Assembly (NCBI RefSeq): GCF_046237625.1
Contig: NZ_CP143545.1
Coordinates: 2,684,228 to 2,708,227 of the forward strand
Reading direction: 5' to 3'
DNA length: 24,000 nucleotides
Origin: Paraperibacillus esterisolvens
GTDB taxonomy: Bacteria > Bacillota > Bacilli > Bacillales > DSM-1321
Under the pieces are notes generated by a model. The model ran no database searches. It was not told the DNA's origin and was given only the letters and a program-made list of their open reading frames with translations. The number at the start of each line of letters is the position of its first letter. The stretch's first letter is position 1. Positions 1 to 7,978 of the stretch are shown here, one piece after another. Made by a program: the position numbers and the translations under genes.

Positions 1-2096
1 TCTGCAAGGCCGATTCCTCCAGGGTAATGATCGTACAAAAAGATGGTCGGCTTACCGGTATGTGACGCCCTTATTTGGGATACCACGTGTATGTCGCTGC
101 GATCACACATTACATGAACAGGTACCACATGCTGCAGAACATTGGCAATTCCAAGCAGTAATTGTTCCATGCTTTTCTCTTCCAAGGCCGGGTCGCATTC
201 ATTTAACTCCAGCCAGGCAGCACTGGTATGCAATTCTTCTTCTGGTAAGTATATGGGTCCTGAGCCAATATTTTCGAATGTAGTCAGCTTGATTTTCTTG
301 AAAATTGTTGGAAGTATATTTATGGATACATCCCCGTAGTTTATAGCCGTTTCCCCTTTTGCCTGGGTCCGGTCTATTTCCAGCACTTTTAGATCTACAG
401 CCAGGTTAGCGTCCGTGTAGTACTCCACGTCAACTTCCCTTACATAAGCTTTTTTATGGTCCCAGTCTAACTTCTCTACTTGATATTGAACACCCTCATG
501 TAAGTAAATGGCTTCATCATGCAGAAGGGTCATTGCACTCAAACGGTCCATTTCACCAATAATCATATGATTAGCTGTGTCAGATTGGTCAATAATGACA
601 ACATTCTCCTGGGATGCAGACCTTAAGCTGATATTTCCAGCCGGGAAGGATTGGTTAGCCCAATAATATTTTTCTCCATTTTGATGGACAACCTTTTCCT
701 CGACTAAAAACTCTAAAATATCTTTAACATCCATAGGTCCAAATTCTTCATCATTTCTAAAAGGCAATTCATAAGCCGCGCATTTTAAATGATCTACCAG
801 GATAATAAGATTTTCCGGGTTAATCCTCGCTGACTCTGGAGTACGATCAAAGAAGTATTCCGGGTTTTGGACTATATACTGGTCAATAGGTGTAGAACTG
901 GCAACCATTAAGATAAGGGCTTCGCCATGCCTTCTGCCAGCTCGTCCAGCCTGCTGCCAGGTACTGGCGACACTGCCCGGATACCCAGTCATCACACAAA
1001 CCTGAAGCTGGCCGATGTCTACGCCAAGCTCCAGGGCATTTGTACTGACTACTCCCAGGATTTCGCCTTCCCTTAACCCGCGCTCAATTTCTCTTCGCTG
1101 CTTAGGGAGATACCCGCCCCGATATCCTCTAATGGACTTAGGCCCGATCTTATCTTTTATTAATTCCTGGATATGGCTTAGGATGATTTCCACTCTTACT
1201 TTCGTCCGTGCAAAAATGATTGTTTGAATCTTATTTTTCAGGAAGTCCTTAGCTAAATGGTTTACTTCAACGGTAGCACTCCGTCTTATATTTAATTGCT
1301 TGTTCACTATCGGAGGATTATAGAATACGAAGTGCTTTCTTCCTCTCGGGGCTCCGTTATCATCAATCAGCCGCATGGGGTTCCCTGTGAGCTGCTCCGC
1401 TAATTCTTTAGGGTTCGCAATCGTGGCAGAGGTGCATATAAAAATAGGGCTGCTTCCATAGAATTCACAAATTCTCTTCAGCCTTCTAATTACATTTGCT
1501 ACATGACTGCCAAAGACACCCCGGTATGTATGCAATTCGTCTATGACTACATACTTGAGATTTTCAAAAAGACTTACCCATTTTGTATGGTGCGGAAGAA
1601 TAGCCGAATGCAGCATATCAGGATTGGTAATGACAATATGCCCGGCTTTCCTGACTGCCTGGCGGATCGTCGGGGAAGTATCCCCGTCGTATGTGTAGCT
1701 TTTTATATCTATACCCATTTCATTAATGATCTCGTTTAATTCGCTTTTCTGATCCTGTGCCAGTGCTTTTGTAGGGAAAATATATAGAGCTCGGTTTGTG
1801 TCATTTTCTGCTATTGATTGAAGGACCGGAAGATTATAGCAAAGCGTCTTTCCGGAAGCTGTTGGAGTGACAGCAACAATATTTTCGCCTTTTCTAAGTG
1901 TTTCAAAGGCTGTATATTGGTGGCTGTATAGTTCATTTATTCCTCTTTTCTGCAGTGCTTCTTTAATCCTCACATCTACACCTGCAGGCATGGGTCTTGT
2001 TTTTGCTTCCTCAGGCTCAATTTCGTGCCAGTTAATGATGTTTTCATTTTTTCTAAGTTCTTCTATTATTTCAGACAGCGATTTCTTTTTAAACAT
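1..2096 (-). CDS. yprA (mrfA): DEAD/DEAH-box helicase with C-terminal DUF1998-type region, YprA/MrfA family; 3' end runs off the left edge of the window
   Basis: Translating the minus strand from ATG 2096 gives MFKKKSLSEIIEELRKNENIINWHEIEPEEAKTRPMPAGVDVRIKEALQKRGI..., with TPTASGKT (Walker A), VVIDELH (DEVH-like) and YRGGYLPKQRREIERGLREG; near the edge it reads CDRSDIHVVSQIRASHTGKPTIFLYDHYPGGIGLAE. RBS-like AGAGGTGAAG lies upstream. Absent from the ORF track because it is open at the edge. Confidence 0.93.
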   Translation of the reverse strand, partial: MFKKKSLSEIIEELRKNENIINWHEIEPEEAKTRPMPAGVDVRIKEALQKRGINELYSHQYTAFETLRKGENIVAVTPTASGKTLCYNLPVLQSIAENDTNRALYIFPTKALAQDQKSELNEIINEMGIDIKSYTYDGDTSPTIRQAVRKAGHIVITNPDMLHSAILPHHTKWVSLFENLKYVVIDELHTYRGVFGSHVANVIRRLKRICEFYGSSPIFICTSATIANPKELAEQLTGNPMRLIDDNGAPRGRKHFVFYNPPIVNKQLNIRRSATVEVNHLAKDFLKNKIQTIIFARTKVRVEIILSHIQELIKDKIGPKSIRGYRGGYLPKQRREIERGLREGEILGVVSTNALELGVDIGQLQVCVMTGYPGSVASTWQQAGRAGRRHGEALILMVASSTPIDQYIVQNPEYFFDRTPESARINPENLIILVDHLKCAAYELPFRNDEEFGPMDVKDILEFLVEEKVVHQNGEKYYWANQSFPAGNISLRSASQENVVIIDQSDTANHMIIGEMDRLSAMTLLHDEAIYLHEGVQYQVEKLDWDHKKAYVREVDVEYYTDANLAVDLKVLEIDRTQAKGETAINYGDVSINILPTIFKKIKLTTFENIGSGPIYLPEEELHTSAAWLELNECDPALEEKSMEQLLLGIANVLQHVVPVHVMCDRSDIHVVSQIRASHTGKPTIFLYDHYPGGIGLA

Positions 2097-2363
2097 ACGT
2101 CGGCTTCACCTCTTTATAAGAAACAGTTTATCGAATATTTGTTTGGTTGACTAGACGTACGGATTAACAAAAAGTGGGAATTTTTTGCGCACATATAATT
2201 TTTGCTGCTGTTTCCCTCCTTTTTAAGTGTTTCCCTTAGTCCGCTGTTAAGGAAGCGGCTTCCTGCATTCGTCATGTTTCCCGGGAAAGGCAGAGAGCTG
2301 CAGAGTGTACTTGATGGTTCAAGGCAGGCTGCAGCCATAGACGTTATTTTTTATAAACAGAAT

Positions 2364-2456
2364 GTGGATTTCCGCTGCAGGCACTCGCTTTCCTCTGAGT
2401 CTCACCTGTCCGGCTGCCCCCGCATTGAAAAGCGGAAAGCGTTGCCTGCCAAATAA
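2364..2456. repeat. Degraded copy of a Bacillaceae-type intergenic repeat (GTGGATTTCCGCTGCAGGCACTCG...)
   Basis: GTGGATTTCCGCTGCAGGCACTCG at 2364-2387 matches the reverse complement of 4290-4313 at 21/24 positions; the following GAGTCTCACCTGTCC segment resembles widespread Bacillus intergenic repeats. Confidence 0.55.
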
Positions 2457-2542
2457 AAACTTATTTAGATTTATAGTTCAATGTTTTTCTTGGTTTAAAA
2501 CTGGCCCTAATTTGGCAGGCAGAGACCCAGCAAACATAAGAA

Positions 2543-2584
2543 GAGCCGGCAATGGGAAGCGCTCTTTCTTCCCATTGCCGGCTT
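2543..2584 (-). terminator. Perfect 16-bp inverted repeat, possible terminator downstream of the alpha/beta hydrolase gene
   Basis: AGCCGGCAATGGGAAG (2544-2559) / CTTCCCATTGCCGGCT (2568-2583), 8-nt loop; only a weak CTTCTTATGTTT tail on the minus strand. Confidence 0.5.
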
Positions 2585-2713
2585 GGATTATGACTCGGGG
2601 GTCGAAAACCTTGGAGCTGGATCAGGAGTCTCGCAGCTGAAGCGAAAGTCCATTTCTAAATAATTTGGATTCCTTACAAAAGTTTCCCAAAACAACAACT
2701 TTTCAGAGATACC

Positions 2714-3511
2714 CTACTTTAAAGATGAAATTTTGATCCATTCTTTTATGTTTTGGGCCAGCTCTTCCGGCGCTTCGATCATTCCCATATGTCCTGCCCC
2801 GGGAAGTACCGCTGTTTTAATATGCCGGCCTTCTGCTGAGAAAACCTTTTCCTGTGGAATCACTTTGTCTCTTTCCCCTGCCACGAGCAGCACAGGCTTC
2901 TGTGTCTCACGGAGGACCCTGTTCCTGTCCGGACGGCCATACATGGCCCTGAGCGCTCCTTTAGCTCCTTCTGGACTGGTCTTATAACCTATTTCTTTTA
3001 CATCTTCAACTTTTTCTTTCAGCTTCGTGAGCGAATCCCTGGAAAACAGATTTGGCACGAGGCGGTCAATAAACGGCTCAATACCCTTTTCTTCAATGAT
3101 ATTTATACCTTCGAGACGTACCTCCTTCGCTTCTTCCGAATCTGGGAATGCAGTCGAATGAATCAGGCTGAAACCCTTCAGCCGGGATGGGAAAAGTTCT
3201 GCAAACGCCAATGTTACATACCCTCCGAGGGAATGCCCCAGCATATACACTGATTCGAGTCCCTGTTCAGAAATGAAATTAAACAAATCCCTAGCCATAT
3301 CATCTATCTCGAAGGCTTCTTTTGCAGACGGACTGCCGCCATGTCCGCGCAGGTTGACAGTAATGACCGAATATTCTTCATTTAAATACGGAATCAATTC
3401 CTTAAAATATTCAGCACTTCCGCAAAATCCGTGCAAAAACAGGAGAACCTCCCCACCCTCTTTTCCTTCCCTTTTATATGAAAGGCTGCCTAATTCTTTT
3501 TTATCATTCAT
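2714..3511 (-). CDS. Alpha/beta hydrolase
   Basis: 265-aa ORF with oxyanion-hole-like LLFLHGFCGSAEYF, nucleophile elbow YMLGHSLGGYVTLAFA, late Asp (VAGERDKVIP) and His (LPGAGHMGMIEAPE). Confidence 0.9.
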   Translation of the reverse strand: MNDKKELGSLSYKREGKEGGEVLLFLHGFCGSAEYFKELIPYLNEEYSVITVNLRGHGGSPSAKEAFEIDDMARDLFNFISEQGLESVYMLGHSLGGYVTLAFAELFPSRLKGFSLIHSTAFPDSEEAKEVRLEGINIIEEKGIEPFIDRLVPNLFSRDSLTKLKEKVEDVKEIGYKTSPEGAKGALRAMYGRPDRNRVLRETQKPVLLVAGERDKVIPQEKVFSAEGRHIKTAVLPGAGHMGMIEAPEELAQNIKEWIKISSLK

Positions 3512-3693
3512 TTCCCAGCACCTCTGCTTCTTGTTTTGGAAGTACTTTTCCCTGCTTCATCAATTATAAACTGCTTGGCAGCCGAACATATTTTATTCAC
3601 GACCTGCCCCATTCCTTCATAGGCTGTTATCAAAAACATGTTTCAAGCCTTAGGCCGAAGCAGCAGTTTTGTAAAGAGGAAAGGAGAATTCCT

Positions 3694-4164
3694 ATGAAAC
3701 AGCCTGATTCTTCATCAAAGGAACCCAGAAAAGAGCCATTTTCTGAAATCAGGAGTGCTTTTGATTCATTTTTTCAAGAGAAACCCGTAAAAGGCTTTCT
3801 GCAGTCCCTTGATGAGCTGTTCAGTCATTCATTATTCACCGAGCGGTCTTTCCCAGTTGAAATTAATGAGGACAGCCATGAATATACAGTCTCTGCCAAG
3901 CTGCCTGGCATCCCCCGCCAGCAGATTCATATTGAGATGATTAAGCAATCCCTGATGATAACTGTCGTTGACACTGTGGAAACCGAAAGCAGAAATGATA
4001 CAAAGGCCTTTGTCCATAGGGAAAAAACGTCCAAGGCAATGAGCCGTACCATTGCGTTCACAAAACCTGTGAATGAAAAGCTGATCACGGCCAGTCATAA
4101 GGATGGTGTCCTTATCATTACCGTACCCAAGATAAGAGGGAAAAAGATTTCGATAAGTGAATGA
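3694..4164 (+). CDS. Hsp20/alpha-crystallin family small heat-shock-like protein
   Basis: ATG at 3694 preceded by AAGGAGAATTCCT; 156 aa with EINEDSHEYTVSAKLPGIPRQQIHIEMIKQSLMITV and ASHKDGVLIITVPK typical of the alpha-crystallin domain. The track's upstream start at 3478 is probably too long. Confidence 0.85.
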   Translation: MKQPDSSSKEPRKEPFSEIRSAFDSFFQEKPVKGFLQSLDELFSHSLFTERSFPVEINEDSHEYTVSAKLPGIPRQQIHIEMIKQSLMITVVDTVETESRNDTKAFVHREKTSKAMSRTIAFTKPVNEKLITASHKDGVLIITVPKIRGKKISISE

Positions 4165-4168
4165 AATG

Positions 4169-4191
4169 GAACCCCATTAAGGGGTTCTTTT
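4169..4191 (+). terminator. Intrinsic terminator of the hsp20-like gene
   Basis: GAACCCC-ATTAA-GGGGTTC-TTTT immediately after the stop codon. Confidence 0.85.
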
Positions 4192-4251
4192 CATAATTCT
4201 GAGGAGAACAAAATATTTAGCATATAGACTTCCGGCGCGAAGCTTTCGGCC

Positions 4252-4313
4252 TGCAAGTCTAAAAGGCCGCTTCCTCCGGCCTGTCCCCTCGAATGCCCGC
4301 TGCGGAAATCCAC
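4252..4313. repeat. Second diverged copy of the same intergenic repeat, inverted orientation
   Basis: Reverse complement of 4290-4313 is GTGGATTTCCGCAGCGGGCATTCG, followed by a GC-rich GGGGACAGGCCGGAGGAAGCGGCC segment. Confidence 0.5.
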
Positions 4314-4381
4314 TGTCTTGTCCAGCAGCCAACTATTCGAAAACAGCCCCATCCCATCGGCGAATCACCCGATTGGCGCAC

Positions 4382-4412
4382 GATAAAAAGGAATCCCCTG
4401 GCGGATTCCTTT
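4382..4412 (-). terminator. Intrinsic terminator of the yppG-like gene
   Basis: Minus strand AAAGGAATCC-GCCAGG-GGATTCCTTT followed by TTATCG; 10-bp perfect stem and T-rich tail just downstream of stop at 4419. Confidence 0.85.
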
Positions 4413-4418
4413 GAGCTC

Positions 4419-5024
4419 TCATGTAGTAACTTTGAATAGGCCGCCAAATCCTTTTACAATGGAAGAAACCTGATTCATGGTGTTCATCATCTGCCCGGCA
4501 GTAGACATCATTTTATTAATATCGAAAGAGCCATCCTGGGTTTTAAACTGATTCATAATCGAAGAAAATCCGGAAGATTGCTGCTTCTGCATAAAGTTTT
4601 GTGAGGGATATGGGTTAGCACCCGGATGCATTTGTTTATTGGGCCCATAAGAATTTCCCTGCTGCGGTTTCAGAGGGTTTTCAAAGGGATTTGACTGAGG
4701 ATACTGTCCATAAGGCATTTGCTGAGGCACATATCCCTGATATTGTGACTGGTAGGGGTTTGTCTGCATATGGGCACCCTGATGGTACGAAAAGCCCTGG
4801 TACGGATTTACCGGATAATAACCAGCAGTGCCCTGGGGCAGACCGGCGGCTTCATGCTGCCCGTAATAATCAGGGCTCATTCCCTCGTACCCCGCGGCCT
4901 GCCCGTATTGAGGCACCTGATTCAGGTAGGGCCGGCCTGGAGCAGTATAAGGGACAATGCCCGCCTGATTATTTATATATCTTGGATCATGACTGAATTG
5001 GTTTGAAAAATATCCTGGCATCAT
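4419..5024 (-). CDS. yppG: YppG-like protein, Q/P/Y/G-rich
   Basis: MMPGYFSNQFSHDPRYINNQAG... N-terminal low-complexity region plus conserved-looking C-terminus FSSIMNQFKTQDGSFDINKMMSTAGQMMNTMNQVSSIVKGFGGLF; AAGGAGG RBS before ATG at about 5024; synteny. Confidence 0.8.
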   Translation of the reverse strand: MMPGYFSNQFSHDPRYINNQAGIVPYTAPGRPYLNQVPQYGQAAGYEGMSPDYYGQHEAAGLPQGTAGYYPVNPYQGFSYHQGAHMQTNPYQSQYQGYVPQQMPYGQYPQSNPFENPLKPQQGNSYGPNKQMHPGANPYPSQNFMQKQQSSGFSSIMNQFKTQDGSFDINKMMSTAGQMMNTMNQVSSIVKGFGGLFKVTT

Positions 5025-5105
5025 CAGAACTCCATCCTCCTTCTCGGAACTAGGTGTTAACATCCTATGCAGTCCCTTCCTGCCAGGTGCCTGCCCGGGA
5101 CGTCT

Positions 5106-5477
5106 TCATATGGTCTGTCTCAGATGTGCCAATAATACTTCAAGGGTATAGCGGATGGATTGAAGCTGGTTTTTAAACCTCTTCAAACTGGTGGAAGGAA
5201 AAAATGCCTGAACGGAGCATAGATTAATGAGCTCCCGGACCTGTTCAATCTGCTGGTTGTGCAGATAACGCGGTTTGTTCACGCGGATGCTGTCCAGCGC
5301 CTGTATTTCCCATTTCTCTGCGAGTGTGCCAGCATGTTCAGCAAAAGGCTTCACCTCACCGAAAAAGTCCCGTTCCTTTTTATCCAGTTTTACCTCATCA
5401 AATATCGTTTCTATTTTATCTGCCAGCTGAAGCAGTTCTCCTGTAGAGGCAATCAGCATATCTTCATTTTTGTTCAT
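5106..5477 (-). CDS. yppE: YppE-like (DUF1798) protein
   Basis: ORF from ATG 5477 (MNKNEDMLIASTGELLQLADKIETIFDEVK...) preceded by AAAGGGGGGACAT RBS; position between yppG-like and recU/ponA as in B. subtilis. Confidence 0.75.
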   Translation of the reverse strand: MNKNEDMLIASTGELLQLADKIETIFDEVKLDKKERDFFGEVKPFAEHAGTLAEKWEIQALDSIRVNKPRYLHNQQIEQVRELINLCSVQAFFPSTSLKRFKNQLQSIRYTLEVLLAHLRQTI

Positions 5478-5552
5478 AGTATGTCCCCCCTTTAGCCTGC
5501 TGTCTTTATAGTATAAGAACCGGGGAATAAAAGGCAAAAAAGAAATCCGGCC

Positions 5553-5810
5553 TTAAATTAAGGTGGGAGTCAGCTTCCCCTGGCGGATGCTCCCTTCATG
5601 CACCGGTTTTGCAGCCGCCCTTTCCATCAGCTTACCCGCCTCATCATATACAGCCTGGGATTTATGAAGCAGTTCTGTCCCTCTTTTCAATTGTTCATCT
5701 GCCTTTTGACTGGCGCTTGTCCCCAGGGTCACTTCCAGAGCTTCGAGCTGGGTATTGATATCAAGCAGCATTTTAAGTATTTCATCCTTTGAAATTATTT
5801 TTTCTGGCAT
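5553..5810 (-). CDS. Small conserved-looking protein, possibly YppD-like
   Basis: 85-aa ORF MPEKIISKDEILKMLLDINTQLEALEVTLG..., GGAGG-like RBS upstream; assignment mainly by gene order. Confidence 0.6.
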   Translation of the reverse strand: MPEKIISKDEILKMLLDINTQLEALEVTLGTSASQKADEQLKRGTELLHKSQAVYDEAGKLMERAAAKPVHEGSIRQGKLTPTLI

Positions 5811-6015
5811 ACATGCTTTCCTCCCGTGGTTCGTTTTTCCTAATATTCTTGATGAAGCTGCAGACTTCCTTCACAGCTGACAAAAGTAGAAGCCATTCGG
5901 CAAAGAAAGTGCATGGTCTCCAGGAAAAACTGATTTTCGACATGTGAGCGTAAGCCCCAGTTTGAAGGAATGAAATAATCTGGCTTGCTAATCCTATAAA
6001 CAGGAGGTGTGATAT

Positions 6016-6120
6016 ATGAAAAAACAAGAAAGCAGTAAAAAGTCAGGAAATCAGACAAAGCAGAATGCGCCTGGATATGGCGATAAGAAATTGGTCGGTT
6101 CAAACCGCCCTTCTGAATAA
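6016..6120 (+). CDS. sspM: Small acid-soluble spore protein M (SspM)-like, 34 aa
   Basis: CAGGAGGTG RBS then ATG at 6016; translation MKKQESSKKSGNQTKQNAPGYGDKKLVGSNRPSE*, same length and same DKKL-G-NRPS ending as known SspM. Too short for the ORF track. Confidence 0.88.
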   Translation: MKKQESSKKSGNQTKQNAPGYGDKKLVGSNRPSE

Positions 6121-6140
6121 TAGGAGCGCACATATTTCCC

Positions 6141-6190
6141 GCTTCCCCCGGCATACTTCTCGTTCTGGCACGGGGGGAGCCAACTTCTTT
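6141..6190. terminator. GC-rich inverted repeat between convergent sspM and yppC, possible terminator
   Basis: GCTTCCCCCG (6141-6150) / CGGGGGGAGC (6171-6180), 10 bp with one G-U; pyrimidine-rich tail CAACTTCTTTC on the plus side. Confidence 0.4.
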
Positions 6191-6219
6191 CATCCATAAT
6201 GGTTTCCCTCTAGGATGCC

Positions 6220-7197
6220 TTATTTTAAAAAAAGGTTAAATAATACCGCGGCAGCTTCCAGCTGCTTTTGTTTCTTCTTGTACCAGCCTGTCAGCTCTTT
6301 AATTTCCGGGTTCCCCGCTTCCTCAAACCAAGATTGTTTTACACCCCTTTTTTGATCCCAATTTTCCGATTCACGCCGATGATGACTTATGACTGGATAA
6401 ACCTTTCTCAGAAAGGGTGTCTCCCGCCGCTTTTCATAAGGGAAAAATCGTTCATAATCATGCCGCGAACCAGTATGTTCCGTAGTGATGCTAAACTTTA
6501 GGAATTTGTTAAAAAGACCCGAATCAAACAGGATCGCTGCTAGATTTTTACCAAGATCAATTCTGGCATCCAGATTCTTGAAATGATTCACGCTTAAGCC
6601 ATATAATTTTCCACTTCTTGTAGGAAAGAGCACCGTACTGAAGTGCATCCTGTCCTGCAGCAGGAAACCGCCACTGCTGAACACCCAGTTTCTATAAAAC
6701 TTCTGTTTCATTACTGGTGTATGTATCAAATTCTGTTCATTTATAATCAAGCTATACAAAAGTCTTTGCTCGTCCCCCTTCTCCCAGAAACATTCCCATT
6801 CATTTTTCATGAAGTCAGAAATATTAAAAAACGGGCATAAGTGAAACATTGGCCTCTTATTAATCGTCGAATAATGATAAAGGAGCAATCCCGGAAAGGC
6901 ATCATCAAAGATCAGCCAATTCGCTCTCTCATAAGTCAGGAACAAACGGCACCGGTACTCCACCGGCAATGCCCTTGGAAGCCATATGCCCTCCAGATCG
7001 CACATATTCCACCCGGCATTCCTTGACACCATGCTGGCCAAAAAGGCCCATTTGATTTCTGGATGCATATAAAAAAAGCGTGCGTACGCTTTAGTCCTGG
7101 ATATATTATCCGTGTTTTTCATTACGGTCAAATGCCTTATTAGTGCTATAATAGAATCTTCATCCTGATTAGGCTTAAAGCCAGGTGTAAATGCCAC
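6220..7197 (-). CDS. yppC: DUF2515-like protein (YppC family)
   Basis: 325-aa ORF, GTG start with AAAGGAGG RBS; RTKAYARFFYMHPEIKWAFLASMVSRNAGWNMCDL...; divergent from recU as in Bacillus. Confidence 0.85.
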   Translation of the reverse strand: MAFTPGFKPNQDEDSIIALIRHLTVMKNTDNISRTKAYARFFYMHPEIKWAFLASMVSRNAGWNMCDLEGIWLPRALPVEYRCRLFLTYERANWLIFDDAFPGLLLYHYSTINKRPMFHLCPFFNISDFMKNEWECFWEKGDEQRLLYSLIINEQNLIHTPVMKQKFYRNWVFSSGGFLLQDRMHFSTVLFPTRSGKLYGLSVNHFKNLDARIDLGKNLAAILFDSGLFNKFLKFSITTEHTGSRHDYERFFPYEKRRETPFLRKVYPVISHHRRESENWDQKRGVKQSWFEEAGNPEIKELTGWYKKKQKQLEAAAVLFNLFLK

Positions 7198-7331
7198 AAA
7201 AAAGCCTCCTTTGCCCGGGATAATGTCATCATGCTGATGATCACCTGTTAGGTTTTGCTGAAAAACAGTTTTAATTCCCCCCTTTCATATATTTTTTGCT
7301 ATTATATTATGAGAGTTAAGGAGGGGATGAA

Positions 7332-7943
7332 TTGTCATTCAATTATCCTAATGGCCGTAAATACACGGCTCCGGCGGCAGGCGCGGCCGCTGCGCCTGTG
7401 AAGAAGATGAATTACAGCAACAGGGGTATGACTCTGGAGGAGGACATCAATGCCTCAAATGAATATTATCTGGCCAGGGATATTGCGGTCGTACATAAAA
7501 AGCCGACACCTGTACAGATTGTGGATGTTCATTACCCAAAACGAAGCGCGGCTGTCATAAAGGAAGCTTATTTTAAACAAGCCTCCACAACTGATTTCAA
7601 TGGTGTTTATAGGGGCAGGTATATTGACTTTGAAGCAAAGGAAACACAAAATGCCTCTTCCTTTCCTTTAAAGAACTTTCACCAGCACCAAATTGATCAT
7701 ATGAAATCAGTATTGCAGCAGGGTGCACTCGCCTTTATCATTCTCCGTTTCTCAGGAACAGATGAGATTTTTTTAATGAAGGCAGAAGATCTCCTGTCGT
7801 TTTGGGACAGAATGGCTGATGGAGGCAGAAAATCTATTGCAAAGCATGAAGTGGAAGCATGTTCCTCCAGGATACCGCTTGGTTTTCAGCCGCGGATTGA
7901 CTATATTAAAATAATAGACCAGCTATATGCACCATACTTTTAG
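7332..7943 (+). CDS. recU: Holliday junction resolvase RecU
   Basis: TTG start; NRGMTLEEDINASNEYYLARDIAVVHKKPTPVQIVDVHYP...RGRYIDFEAKETQNASSFPLKNFHQHQIDHM is diagnostic of RecU; upstream of ponA. Confidence 0.97.
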   Translation: MSFNYPNGRKYTAPAAGAAAAPVKKMNYSNRGMTLEEDINASNEYYLARDIAVVHKKPTPVQIVDVHYPKRSAAVIKEAYFKQASTTDFNGVYRGRYIDFEAKETQNASSFPLKNFHQHQIDHMKSVLQQGALAFIILRFSGTDEIFLMKAEDLLSFWDRMADGGRKSIAKHEVEACSSRIPLGFQPRIDYIKIIDQLYAPYF

Positions 7944-7978
7944 TTTTTATGGGTTATTACGAAAGGCAGGTAGCTTGA

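Noticed and set aside
2202-2640. Plus-strand ORFs 2202..2456 and 2362..2640
   Set aside because: They read through the degraded repeat and the long palindrome and give no recognisable protein; they are better explained by repeats.
4259-4447. 62-aa minus-strand ORF
   Set aside because: It overlaps the yppG 3' end, its terminator and the repeat copy; a repeat-derived spurious frame.
5782-6193. Minus-strand ORFs 5782..6027 and 5840..6193
   Set aside because: Both are largely antisense to the sspM leader/gene and intergenic sequence; composition and start context look non-coding.
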